In this document: positions 22,365 to 35,500 of the stretch, piece by piece
Position numbering within the stretch: position 1 is the first letter of the stretch
How the letters are laid out: the number at the start of each line of letters is the position of its first letter
Assembly: GCF_963921235.1 (NCBI RefSeq)
Contig: NC_086097.1
Location: 241,864,001-241,928,000, forward strand
Direction of reading: 5' to 3'
DNA length: 64,000 nt
Source of the DNA: Mobula hypostoma
Taxonomy: Eukaryota
Program-made: the position numbers and the translations under genes
Notes under the pieces: generated by a model
The model's database searches: none
The model's input: only the letters and a program-made list of their open reading frames with translations
Told to the model about the DNA's origin: nothing

Positions 22365-22940
22365 AAATTACAGCTGTATAGGACCCTGGTCAGACCCCAC
22401 TTGGAGTACTGTGCTCAGTTCTGGTCATCTCACTACAGGAAGGATGTGGAAACTATAAAAAGGGTGCAGAGGAGACATACAAGGATGTTGTCTGGATTGG
22501 GGAGTATGCCTTACGAGAATAAGTTGAGTGAACTTGGCCTTTTCTCCTTGGAGTAACGTTAGATGAGAGGTGACCTGATAGAGATGTATAAGATGATGAG
22601 AGGCATTGATCGTGTGGATAGTCAGAGGCTTTTTCCCAGGGCTGAAACGGCTAACACGAGAGGGCACAGTTTTAAGATGCTTGGAAGTAGGTACAGAGGG
22701 GATGTCAGGGGTAAGTTTTTTTTAAAAACTCAGAGTGGTGAGTGCGTGGAATGGGCTGCCAGCGACTGTGGTGGAGGCAGATACAATAAGGTCTTTTAAG
22801 AGGCTCCTGGATAGGTACATGGAGCTTAGAAAAATAAAGAGCTATTGGTAACCCTAGGTAATTTCTGAAGTAAGTACATGTTCGGCACAGCATTATGGGC
22901 CAAAGGGCCTGTATTGTGATGTAGGTTTTCTATGTTTCTA
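22365..22940 (+). mobile_element. CR1 LINE 3' end
   Basis: MRGDLIEMYKMMRGIDRVDSQRLFPRAE..TRGHSFK ORF; tail ttttctatgtttcta. Confidence 0.9.
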
Positions 22941-23581
22941 AGACTTCTCTTTGCACCTGTTTCACAGCACAAGTCCTTCTTGCTTCATGACTGTTCAATA
23001 ATTGTCTACATGTCATGTCTCATTTTTGCACACCCTGGACTACCAGGATTCTAAACTGGGAATTTCCACCTTTCTTCTCTATCATTTTCCTCTCCTTTAT
23101 GTGGTAAATGAAACCAATTTTGTGAATCCTCAGTACAGCGTAGTAATGATGAGTAGTTTATTGGCACTTTCTTCTTTATACTGTGAACTCAACACAACCT
23201 TCAAGCTTTTCGCACATCTAGGGCTTAATGAAGAAATGCAGAAGTTACAGGTGGATTTACCGTGGGGTAGACTACATGCTGTTTGCAGTCTTCTCCAACA
23301 CAATAAAGAGTGAATAAAGTCACTTGAACAGACATGAATAGGGTATTTATGAACTGTTCAAATTCATAAAAATCATATGCTTTTGTTACAAGGTTTAAGT
23401 TTTGAAATTGCACTTCAAGACATCATTGCTGGTTAGCAAAACTCTCAAACCCTAAAACCTAGGTTGCTGAAATACAAAAACTCCCCAATATTATCAAATA
23501 TATTGAAGTTTACTATTTTAATTTCTGGCTTTAACAAACAAGGTGTTGCAATAAACTATTGCAGCACAGACAATCTAAGTT

Positions 23582-23850
23582 CACACATAAAATGCTGGAG
23601 GAACTTAGCAGGCCAGGCAGCATCTATGGAAAAGAGTAAACAGTCACATTTGCTCAGGACCGTTGCTGCCTTTAAGCAGTTTGTGTGTACTCCCCATGAC
23701 CGCATGGGTCTCCCAAGTGCTCTGGTTTCCTCCCATATTCCAAAGATGTAAGGGTTCGGGTTAGAAGGTTAATTGGTCACACGGATGTAATTGGGTAGCA
23801 TGTGTCAATTGGGCCGGAAAAGCTTGCTGTATCTCTAAATAAATAAAATA
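23582..23850. mobile_element. Tail-less Penelope pLTR fragment (minus, 23582-23648) abutting a V-SINE-like fragment (plus)
   Basis: cacacataaaatgctggaggaacttagcaggccaggcagcatc, then gtgctctggtttcctcccatattccaaaga. Confidence 0.65.
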
Positions 23851-23959
23851 TAATATGTACATCTATATGTACACCTTTATTTAGGTTTCTGTTAAATGTT
23901 TAAAAGGGCAATTAAAGATTACGTTATGGCTCCTGGTTGATTTTCCCAAAGATTGCTTT

Positions 23960-26285
23960 AACATAAGCTTCCACTCTTCAAGAAGGAGAGAGGCAGCGGA
24001 AAGGAAACAATAGGGCCGTTAGTCTGACCTCAGTGGTTGGGAAGACATTGGAGCCGGTTATTAAAGATGAGGTCTCAGGGTACTTGCAGGCACATGGTAA
24101 AATAGCCCATAGTCAGCATGGTTTTCTCAAGGGAACATCTTACCTGAGAAATTTGTTGGAATTCTTTGAAGAAGTAACAAGCAGGATAGAATCTGTTGGT
24201 GTTGTGTACTTGAATTTTCAGAAGGCCTTTAACAAGGTACCACAGGAGGCTGCTAAACAAGCTACGAGCCCATGGTATTCCAGGAACGATTCTAGAATGG
24301 ATAAAGCAATGGCTGATTGGCAGGAGGCAAAGAGTGGGAATAAAGGGAGCCTTTTCTGACTGGCTGCCTGTGACTATTGGTGTTCCACAGGGGCCTGTGT
24401 TAGCACTGATTCTTTTTAAATTATGTGTCAATGATTTGGATGATGCAATTAATGGCTTTCTTGCAAAGTTTGCAAATGATATGAAGATAGCTGGATGGGC
24501 AGGTAGTTTTTGAGGAAGTAAAGAGGTTACAGATGGACAGATTAGACAGATTAAGAGAGTGGGCTAAGAAATGGCAGATGGAATACAATGTCAGGAAGTG
24601 TACAGTCATGCACTTTGGCAGAAGGAATGAAAGGTTTGACTTAAATGGAGAGACAATACAAAAAAAAACTGAGATGCAAAGGGACTTGGGAGTCCTTGTG
24701 CAGGATTCCCTAAAGGTTAATTTGCAGTTGAGTCTGCGGTAAGGAAGACAAATGCAATGTTAGCATTCATTTCAAGAGGACTAGAATATAAAAACAAGGA
24801 TTTAATGTTGAAACTTTATAAAGTTTCAACAGTCCAGCAGGCGGCGCGGCACGGCAGCAGCGGCCTTTCGGATCTGGTGCTACTTTAATTTAGTTTTTTA
24901 ATTTAATTTTAAGGCATAATTAGGGTTTAGGGCAATGGATAACAGAGCGACTACCTACCATCCCCAGATACTGCTACAATACAGAGATCACCCAAAAACA
25001 AACCTTCATGAAGATCTGCTGGTTAAATTGCGCGACCTCGGCTTGCTGAGAGAATCAGGCCCGTAGTCATCGGAGTCACCTAATGCCAGTGGCCGGAGGT
25101 GGGGACATTGTAAGTGGTGTGCAAGGAAGCGGAAGCGAGGCCAGCGGGCAGCAGTCTGTCCCAGGAAAAAAAAGCGAGCCCTAGCCGTCCGGCTCTCCCA
25201 ATCATTCTGCTCTCCAATGTCCGCTTGCTGATGAAATCGGGCCCGCAGTCCTCGGAGTCACCTGATGCCAGTGGCCGGAGGTGGGACGTCGAAAGCGATG
25301 TGCGAGGAAGCGGAAGCGAGGCCAGCGGGCAGGAGTCCGTGCCAGGAAAAAAGCAAGCCCTAGCCAGCCAGTTCTCCCATCCATTCTGCCCTCCAATGGA
25401 CATTAAATTGGACTACATCCGACTCCAATGAAATACTCGATGGGAGTACAGAAACGGACGCGATCCCAGACGCCACCGTTCAGCTGTTTATTTATATAAC
25501 AGTTTTTCCCCCAAGCCATCGGACTACCAACCTACTACCCTCCGCTGTGCCTATTGTCTTGTTTATTATTTATTGTAATGCCTGCACTGTTCTGTGTACT
25601 TCATGCAGTCCTGGGAAGGTCTGTACTCTAGTGTAGTTTTTGTGTTGTTTTACGTAGTTCAGTGTACTTTTTGTATTGTTTCATGTAGCACCATGGTCCT
25701 GAAAAACATTGTCTCATTTTTACTGTCTACTGTACCAGCAGTTATGGTCAAAATGTCAATAAAAAGTGACTTGACTTGACTTGAAAGCGCCTTATCTTAC
25801 AAAGGATGTGCTGAAACTGGAGGTGGTTTAAGGGAGGTTCACAAAAATGATTCCAGGATTGAATGGCTGTCATATGAAAAGTGCCTGATGGCTCTGGGCC
25901 TGTAATCACTAGAATTCAGAAGAATGAGTGGTGACCTCATTGAAACCTATTGAATGGTGAAAGGCCTTAATATAGTGGATATGGAGAGGATGTTTCCTAT
26001 GGATGGTAGAGTCTAAAACCAGAGGACACAGCCTCAGAATAGAGGGTGTCCTTTTAGAACGGTGATGAGGAAGAACTTCATTAGCCAGAGAGTGGTGAAT
26101 CTGTGAAATTCTTTTCCACAGGCAGCTGTGAAGTCGAAGTTCTATGTATACTTAAGGCAGAGGTTGATAGATTCTTGATTGGTCAGGGCATGAAGGGATA
26201 CAGGGTGAAGGCATGAGATTGGGACTGAGAATAAAATTGCATCAGCATGACTAAATGATCTAATTCTGCTCCTATACCTTATGGT
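23960..26285 (+). mobile_element. CR1 LINE RT fragment to 3' end, split by an insertion at 24832-25783
   Basis: VVGKTLEPVIKD..SQHGFLKG..NLLEFFEEV..VYLNFQKAFNKVP; WAKKWQMEYNVRKCTVMHFG; frameshifts and stops. Confidence 0.9.
24832..25783 (+). mobile_element. Internally deleted Rex1-type non-autonomous element with ~180-bp tandem duplication and (GACTT)n tail
   Basis: The 5' part encodes a decayed ORF start ([20 protein letters not shown]), joined to a Rex1-like 3' end (aacagtttttcccccaagccatc). Tail is gtgacttgacttgacttg. Confidence 0.75.
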
Positions 26286-26659
26286 GATTGACAGTATAGG
26301 CAGCTTGCTGAAATTGAAATTGATATTAACGTCAACCACCAGCTAAATCTTTGTACATAGTAACCTTTGTACAAAGCAACAAACATCAGAACTTTGCTAC
26401 TGACCACAACATCTAGGTCTATGTCTCTTTATGTGGTTCAGCATTACAGCAACTAAAAAAAAGTCTCCTATAAGGAAAATTCCATTGTCACATGCTATTA
26501 ACATTTCTTTTCTCTAAAAATGCAGTTTTACCTGCAGGAAAAGTAATATTCTTTTCTAAAGCATCAGTCTTTTATTATCTCCATTATAGTTAAGTTTGAT
26601 TTCCACACTTGTCACCAAAGGAGGAGATGAGGAAATAGCCAACACAAATAGAAATCCGA

Positions 26660-27130
26660 GATAGGGCTTTTCTCTTTGGAATGAAGGAGGCTGAGTGGTG
26701 ACTTGATAGAGATGTACTAAATGGCGTACATCTTATTCTGGAGAAACGTTGGCTCATTTGTTTCTATATACTTGGAGTCAAGTAACAATAAACTTGATAA
26801 GAGGCATAGAGACATAGATCTAGAGGACAGCCAGAAACATTTTCCCAGGGTGGAAATGGCTAATTTTGAGGTGATTAGAGGCAAGTATGGGGGGCAAAGG
26901 GGGAAAGATGCCAGAGGCAGATTCTTTACACTGAGTGGAACACCCTGCCAGGGGTGTTGATAAAGGCAGATACATTAGGGGCATTTAAGAAATTCTTAGA
27001 CACGAACATGGATGACGGATTAAATGGAAGGCTATGTGTGAGGGTAGAGTTAGATTGATTTGAGAGTAGGTTAAAAGGTCAGCACTACATTGTGGGATGA
27101 AGGGCCTGTGCTGTGCTGTAACATTCTATA
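26660..27130 (+). mobile_element. CR1 LINE 3' end (interrupted)
   Basis: ggctgagtggtgacttgatagag...gaagggcctgtgctgtgctgta terminus. Confidence 0.7.
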
Positions 27131-28194
27131 AAGGTAGCAAAAAACCACCACTCTCGAATAAGAATCCTGAAGAACCGATCCTGCTTTTCCTCAAACCAAA
27201 CCATTGCCCTGTGCCTCCTGGATCACATTATCCACAACAGTGAAGCAGTGTGAACCTGCAGCACAGATGTGCAGTAATTGACTTACCCATTCAGAGGATA
27301 TTTGAAAATGGCTTTCACTTCAAGCTTTGTACAAGCATAGCAAATTTAACTTGCATAAAAGCATAGCAGGTATCTGTGGGTTTGTTTGTATCTATTCCCC
27401 CAAGCCATTAGTATCTTGATAAATAAGGTCCTTTCTGTCTGCTTGCAAGATATATTAATTCCTGTCAAGGTTAACAAATCAGACACCCAATCGCTCTAAA
27501 TTTGCTCACAAAACATTGACCTACAATAACTCACTCAGACAGCCATTATTCTTCTTGGTTAAACCAGTAAGTAGGTGTTTAACAGATATTTAACAGTACA
27601 GGTACTGCAACTGAGCCTAATTCTGTGCTCATGTGATATTCACGATGGTATGCAGTAGGTTTGGAAACCCCCATTTTCCACCTGAGTGTTGAACATATGC
27701 ATATTGTTAAATATATTTCTTCTTAATTAACATTTTCCACACAGCTGATTCAGTTCAAGTAATCTTCAAGTGAAGCAACATTCAAGCAAAATTCAAGCAA
27801 TTAGAATAATTGGACAAGTAAATTTTAGACTGTAAATTCATCTACACAGATTTAGATTAACTGGTAAATATATACATTGCAAAATCCTCCAAATCCACTA
27901 GCAGAAAAAGTAAACCAAAGTTGGTACCCTCTCTTAGACCAACTTCCTGAGCAGAGGCACAGGTTATATTTGGTCAAATCAGTTGGGTTCCCATATTAAT
28001 TGAATGCCCAACACTAGCCCCCCAAAACAGGCACCCCATTCTAAACTCTGTCATGGAACCAAGTCAATATGCAGAGAATGGAAAGGATTCAAAGATATGT
28101 TTAAAACCTCCTTATGGGAGGTTTTACACTGACTTCACGGAATGCATACCATTTTTTATTGATACTACCTAGATGCTTAATAGCTTAGTATTTC

Positions 28195-28865
28195 ATGTGT
28201 GTTGCAAGTACATTACAGAACGTCCTCGATGAACTCTTGTCTATACTTCTTGCTGTCTTAGTAAAGGAGCCGGCATAATCAAAGATCCCAAACATTTTCT
28301 CTTCTCCCCTCTTAATATCGGGCAGAAGTTAAAAGCCTGAAAGCACGTCCCACCAGGCTCAAGAACAGCTTCAGTCCCACTGTTGCAAGACTATAAGATT
28401 AGGCCATATGGCTCATCGAGTCTGCTCCACCATTTCATCATGGCTGACTCATTTCTTACCTTTGTTGAAGGAGTGTCCATTATCCCTCTCGGCCGCAGTC
28501 TCCTGCCTTCTCCCTGCATCTCTTCATGCCTTGACTAATCAAGAATCTATCAATCTCTGCCTTAAGTATACCTAATGACTTGGCCTCCACAGCTGCCTGT
28601 GGCAACAAATTCCACAGATTCACCACTCTGTTGACTACTTAATGGTTCCCCAGTACAATAAGATGGACTTTTGAGCAGCACGCAATCTCCCTGGTTATGA
28701 TCTTACACTTTTTTGTTTACCAGCACTGTTACACTTTATTTTGCATTCTGTTATTGTTTTACTGAGTTCTACTTCAATGCACTGTATAATAAGTTGATCT
28801 GTATGGATAGTATCAAACACAAGCTTTTCACCATATTTCACTACATGTGATAATAATAAATCAAT
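28195..28865 (+). mobile_element. Rex1-type 3' end with a nested reverse CR1 3' end (about 28392-28630)
   Basis: ggcataatcaaagatccc...caccaggctcaagaacagcttc; nested taagattaggccatatggctcatcgagtctgctcc. Confidence 0.7.
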
Positions 28866-29015
28866 TCCCATACATGAAACACTACTGCTCTTAGTAAGAA
28901 GCAGCATTTGGGGTGATGAGCGCCTTGTAACCATGCATAAAGAGCAGATAAAAGTCCTATATAAAAGGCAGAATGAGCATCCCCCTTACAATCCACCCAG
29001 CCCATCAGCCATTAT

Positions 29016-29226
29016 CCCCTCCCCTCCTGTCTTCTCTTATCATTTCGGATCTCCCCCTCCCCCTTTCAAACCTCTTACTATCTCTTCTTTCAGTTAGTCC
29101 TGACGAAGGGTCCCGGCCTGAAACGTCGACTGTACCTCCTCCTATAGATGCTGCCTGGCCTGCTGCGTTCACCAGCATTTCTTGTGTGTGTTGCTTGAAT
29201 TTCCAGCATCTGCAGATTTCCTCGTG
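29016..29226 (+). mobile_element. Penelope pLTR solo insertion with full tail
   Basis: 11-bp TSD TCAGCCATTAT at 29005-29015 and 29227-29237. Confidence 0.85.
29096..29131 (+). ncRNA. Minimal type I hammerhead ribozyme
   Basis: AGUC-CUGACGA-AGGGUCCCGGCCU-GAAA-C-GUC^GACU. Confidence 0.72.
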
Positions 29227-29237
29227 TCAGCCATTAT

Positions 29238-29500
29238 GTGTACTAGCTTCCATAGTATCCAGGACATCTTCAAGGAGCAGTGGCTAAGGAAGGTGACATC
29301 CATCATTAAGGACCCCCAACACCCAACACATGTCCTCTTCTCATTCCCACCATCAGGAAAGAGGTACAGGAGCCTGAACGTACACTCACAATTCAGGGGC
29401 GGCTACTTCCTGTCTGCCATGTATTGCATTGTACTGCTGCCACCAAGTTAACAAACTTTACCACCTCTGCCAGTAATATTAAACCTGACTCTGATTTTGA
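29238..29500 (+). mobile_element. Rex1-type 3' end
   Basis: SIIKDPQHPTHVLFSFPPSGKRYRSL motif. Confidence 0.75.
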
Positions 29501-30884
29501 TTTCCAGACCCATCTAAGGTTCACACATTGGCCTCATCAGTCATCTCAGAATCCATAAGACAAGTGGAGGCAAGTTATCATTGACCCTGAGAACTGCCTA
29601 AGAGACAGCAACATGAAGGAATATTCCTCAGAATGTATTCATGCATGCCACTTTGATTGGAGGGGCTTCAGACTATTTAGTGGTATTTCCCCAAGGCAAA
29701 GTACTGTGGATACTGGAAACCAAAAAATTAAAACAGAAAATACAGTTAACATTGACAAAGTTTACACTTGAGGTCAAACCCAGTCATCGAATATTTTTTC
29801 TCTCTACAGATACTGTGATATTGTATTTCCAGCACATTGTGGTTTATAAGTAATAATATTTGGAAAAGTTAGCACTACATGGGAAAAATATTAGGTTTCT
29901 AGGTTATAGAAGCGTTTGCAGCAGATATTAGGCATACTAATTCCTGGGAAACAGTTTTGGAGTCTTTTAAAGACACTCCTTTAAAGGAGACAAAGAAATG
30001 GCCTTCATATATGCGCGAGCTGTGGAAGCAAGGACAATACGTCTTACTAAGTGTTTTTGAAGGAAGGCAGTTGTGGTTGAAAAGAAAGAAAGTCCTCCTT
30101 CAAAAAAAAAAGGTAAGTAATTAAGCCCAGCAAAATCCTGTCAGATATGGATGGCCTGGTCTAGCAAGTAGAGATCATGGGTCAAAGGTTTGAGCCAATT
30201 AGAAGAAATAACCTGTTCAGAATAAATGAACAGTAGGAACAGATGTCTTTAAATGGCTGTCATCCATAAAGAAAACTATTATTTCGGTCTAACATGCTCC
30301 AGAAGTGGAAGGAGAAATAATAAATATAGAAGGTCTGGCTGAATAAAATTAGCTGAGAGATGGGCTGAGCTTTATTTGAAGGATCCATGTTGACCTCTTT
30401 GCTTAAAGCCAGGAACTGGTCAAGAAGACAAAGCAACAGAACGTGTTCACCTGATGTCTGTCTGGCTTGTTCAGTAGTTCATTTGCTCTCGCAAGTAAAA
30501 TGCAACTAATTGCCTTTTTGGGAAAATTTACAGCCAATATTCACTGGCAAGAATTTGGAAATACTTCATTTAAAAATCTAACAACAGAGATTTTTCATTC
30601 TACATTTTAGTCTCATAATACCAGCTTCATTTTATACTTCAATTTAACTACTTAACAGTTTGACAACAAGCATTAAAAGAATTTAATTAGAAAATTGTAT
30701 TTCATTAGATCATGCAAATTATTCAAATTCAAATCCATTTATTTATCACATGTACATTGAGACATACAGTGAAATGCTCTGTTTGCATCAACAACCAACA
30801 CAATCTAAGGATATGCGGGAGGCTGTCCACAATTATTGCCACACACTCTGGGACCAACATAGCATGCCCAGAAGGTTCAGCAAA

Positions 30885-31490
30885 ACAAAGTTTAAAGTAA
30901 ATTTATTATCAAAGTACATACAAGTCACCATATACAACCCAGAGATTCTGTTTCTTGCAAGCATACTTAATAAGTTTATAGAGTAATAACCAACACAATC
31001 AATGAACAACCGCACCAACCAGGGTGATCAACCAGTGCACAAAAGACAAAATACTGTGCAAATACACAAAGATAATAATAACAAATAAACAAGCAATAAA
31101 TATCTAGAACATGAGATGAAGAGTTTTGGAAAGTGAGTCCATTGGTTCTGGAAACATTTCAATGATGGTACAAGTGTTTGCTTTTAATTGAAGAGTCTGA
31201 TGGTTGAGGGGTAATAGCTGTTCCTGAACCTGGTGCTGCAAGTCCTGAGGCTCCTGTACTGCACCGTCTTCCTGAAGTGAGAAGACAGCGTGACCTGGGT
31301 AGTAGGAGTCCCTGAGGATATTGATTTCCTGCGATAACGTTTCACGTAGATGTGCTCAATAGTGGGGAGGGCATTATCCAGTGGTGCACTAGGCCATATC
31401 AACTACCTTTTTCCATTCAAGGGCACTGGTGTTTCCATACTAGACTGCGATTACCTCTCCGCCATATCTCTTTAGAAGTTTGTCAAAGCA
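30885..31490 (-). mobile_element. Rex1-type 3' end
   Basis: YRSLRTCSTRFRNSYYPSTIRLFN ORF plus 3' UTR. Confidence 0.8.
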
Positions 31491-32129
31491 ACAAAACAAC
31501 AGCAAGAGCAAACAGGCCTATTTATCTGTATTCCAGCCCTGTGATGTGTATTAAAACTTGACAAACACAGAACTTATTCCATTCTATAACTCTGGACCTG
31601 TGTTCATTCTATTACTTGTAAATATTGAGCCTGGTCAATTAGGAATCTGAAGCCAACCATAATACTGGACGAATTTAAATTCAGTTCATTATATAATCAC
31701 AAATTTTTTAAAAAAACAGATCACAAATGGAGACTACAAAACCATTCTAGTGCTTTGGTCAGCATTCAGAGGACATTCCAAGGATGCAGAGAGCTAAAAC
31801 GGTCATGGCAAGTTATGCACTTATTGGTAAAGAAATGAGCTAAGCTAGTAGAGCTGCTACCCCATACCTCACAGGTTCAATAACCCTCATCAAACCTGGG
31901 GGGAGGGTGCACGTGTGTGTGCGTGCGTACGCACGCGGTACTCATACAATCTCGCTTGCATGGGTTTCCCTGGGTACTCCAGTTTCCTCTCACTTCCCAA
32001 AAAGATGTGCTGACTGGTAGGTTAATGACGCCTAATGTGTAGTGAGCGGTAGAATGAGGGGAAGAGTTGACAATAGAAATAATATAGGATTTCTGCAGTG
32101 CAGCACTTCATGGTCAATGTCGTCTTCAG

Positions 32130-32580
32130 ACATGGAATATACAACAGTTCAGGCTCATAAATCCCATGATGATCTACTCCACGATCATCTGACCCTTCCC
32201 CTCCTACACAGCCCTCCATTTTTCTTTCATCCATGTGCCTCAGTCTATTATATGTCTCTAATGAATATCATCACCCCTGGCAGCGCATTCCACCCTCTAT
32301 GTAAAAATCTATCTTCCAGCATCCTCCACACTTTCTCCCAAACATCTTAATGCCCCTTTAGATTAGCCATTTCCACCCTGGGAAAAATTTCTACCCTATA
32401 CCTCTTCCCATCTTGTATCACCTCTCATCCTCCTTCACTCCAAAGAAGCTCTAGAACCAGCCTATCCTCATAAGACATGCTCTCTAATCCAGGCAGCATC
32501 CTGGTAAATCTCCTCTGCACTCTCCCTAAAGTTTCCACATCCTTCTTATAATTATGTGACCAGAAATAAACACAATACTC
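32130..32580 (-). mobile_element. CR1 LINE 3' end
   Basis: ctctaatccaggcagcatcctggtaaatctcctctgcac and ggcagcgcattccac motifs. Confidence 0.75.
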
Positions 32581-35500
32581 AAAAAAAATACAAGTATCAG
32601 CACCGAAGCCCAGAACTCAACCGAAGACCTTCAGATCTTCATTCTAATGCTCTCCCAAATGCGCTATTTTGGCTTTCGGTTTCGTTGCACTGAAGGGCCC
32701 AGTTCTTTACTGTACAACTTTAAGAATATAGCAGGTCATTCAGTTCTCTGTGCCTGCTCCATACTGATCTTCTGATTCCAGCTGATCTTGTGCCTCTGCA
32801 TCACTCTCCTGTACTAACATCATACCCCCTCAATTGCCTTAAAGTCTGAAACCTATCAATTGCCTTCTTGAATATGGAAGCAATTATGCTTCCATATCCG
32901 CCTCGGATAGGTAACTTCAAAGATCCATTACTTTCAATTGAAACATTTTCTTCTCATCTCAGTCATGAATGGTCAAACAGGTTCTAAGGATTGAACGGCT
33001 TATTCCTGTTTTTAATTTATAAATAACAAAGAAACCACACAGGATAAATGATAACATTTGAACCTAAATGGCCAATATCATACTTCGCAACCAAGTAGTA
33101 TGTTCTTGACATCCCAGTCAGGGAAATATCACCTTACTTCTGTTATCAAGTCCCATAAAATCTAATGAGATCAATGTCATCCTTCTCAACTTCACAGGGT
33201 AGTGGAAACTAAGTCTACTTACTCTGTCCACGCACGATATGAAGCACAGTTTGAAGCAATAAACTCAAAAGAGTAAAATTGATTCTTTAGGTAACAAGGG
33301 AACACATTATTTTCTGGGTATTATGTTGGGGTTCTGCTTGTTAAATTTTATTACCTTTAAATTTATTCTCCCCATTGAATTTTCAGTATTTTGGTGCTTT
33401 CATTCAAAAAAAAAGTGTTCAATTCAGCAAAGTCAGGAAAGGGAAGTTACAAGTGTATTGGTGCGATCATGCAGACGAGAATTAGTTTACATCTTAAATT
33501 CAGGTTGATGGACCAGTGGACGATAATGATGTCAACATGTTCTAGCCCAAGGCTGTGAATATCGTCTTTTTTCCTTTAACCTTTTTTTCCTTCAGTACTG
33601 CGTCTTTTAAATCACACAACCAAAATAAATAGTCTCCAAATTTTCAGCCTTGTTTTATCAGACATGATTAATTATACTGAAAAATCAAGAAAGCTCAGTT
33701 ATACAATGGCCTATTTGTATGAATGGATCACATATTCCAGTCAATGCCTTCAGTGTAAGTTCACAAGCCACACTATTTCCATCAAACTGTGGTGCAGGTA
33801 CAATTGTATATGTTAGGAATGGTTTACAATTGGCCTGGAAAGCAAAAGAGTAATCATCAGCTGTCAGGTTCAAGAAGAAAAATAAAAGACAGTTCAAATA
33901 AAGATCTCAGTACAACACCAAGAAAGCAGGCAAGAAATATCAAATTCCAACAGCAAACTCAAGTTGAATCTTGCACTGAACACCCAAAGTTCTGCCTTGG
34001 CTCCAATGATAACAGGTTTATATGCCCATAGAATAAATGAGAGTTAAAACCTGGAAGACATACAGTATTGCACGGAATTGATGGAAAAGATGATGGAAAC
34101 CAGTTCAGGGTCAGTGGCAGGGCGCACTGTTTGTAATTTTCAGAAATGATTTGGAGGACTGAACAGTTTCTTGGGTTCTAACCTACATTTTCACAACAGC
34201 ACTCATTTTTGGAAGCTATCCACATTGCGGGAATTCAAAAGATTTTGACAGTAAATCGTATGACACTGACACCTGCAGATGGTACTAAAAGCTTATGGAC
34301 ATTGGACAAGTACATGAATAAAAAATAATTGTCAAATGGTCGCTCAATGCAACAGCAGGAAACAAAATTGTGGGCTGTAATAGAGGACATTAGAATAGCG
34401 AGTCTGGTGTTTGCAATTCACCTTATCTACACATACTCCTGCACCTGTCACTCTATATACATAAAGTCAGTTTATCTACTGTATATAAGCTAATTTTAGG
34501 TACACATACCCACATTCAAACAATTACTTGTACATTGCCTTTTTAGTGTTACTTTTATATTTATATTTACCATTTTTTTTAAATTGTGTCCTTTATGCTT
34601 ATGGATTTTTTTAATGTTGCATTGGATCTGAAGTAACAATCATTTCACTTTCCTTTACACTTATGTCCTGAAGAATGACAATAAGCAATCTTGAATCCTG
34701 AATCAAAACAAAACTAATAAAATACTTCATTTATGATGTTCTTAATTGATCTTGGTTGCATCCAACTTTAGTGATATCTTGAGCACTGTGTTCAGTTTTG
34801 GCCTTTACAAAGCCCTTTTAGATTATTGAAGTTACTGTTATTATATACACAAAGGAGAAAATTCTATCAAACTGCACTCATAAATGGCAGGATAGGGATC
34901 CAATTTAGAACTACCACCTGAGGGGACATGTGTAGCTGTGGATATTTATTCATCATTTCAGTGCTTTATAAAGTTTGTGATATACCCATATTTAATTCAG
35001 TGGTTATTTGTTTGATGCAACTCAAAGACATTCTGCAAATATTACCTCAGACAACCTGACGACTAAATTTTTAAAAATCACCACATTACCAAAACCAAGA
35101 ATCAGATGTACATAAACATCCAGTAGATTATGGCAAAAAGCCTAAATGTGAAAAGATACATTAACTTACCCAAATTTCCAATCTGATAAAATAATTATTT
35201 TATCAGCTTCTCAAGTAGACATAGATACAATACATAGCTCCTTGACTGGATCTCCTGAACTTATGCTGCCAACTCAGAGTCTCTTCGTGGATTCCATCAA
35301 CTCCATTCCTTGAATGGGTTCTAGCTCCACACCATCTGAGAACTTGACAGTAGTTGTATTTGAGCAGCACTGGGCTTCATTCTGGTCTATCCCTAACTTG
35401 CGACCTCAGCATACACTCATCCAGTAAATCTGAACCATAATTCCATAAACAATTTCATTCATTTAAAGTTCAAAGCAAATGTATTATCAAAGACCATAGA

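Noticed and set aside
30111..30118. Strong donor-like AG|GTAAGT
   Set aside because: It is on the plus strand, opposite to EIF3H, with no upstream acceptor or coding frame.
34271..34287. CTCF-like CCTGCAGATGGTACTA
   Set aside because: It departs from the core at the GGC position and is too weak without data.
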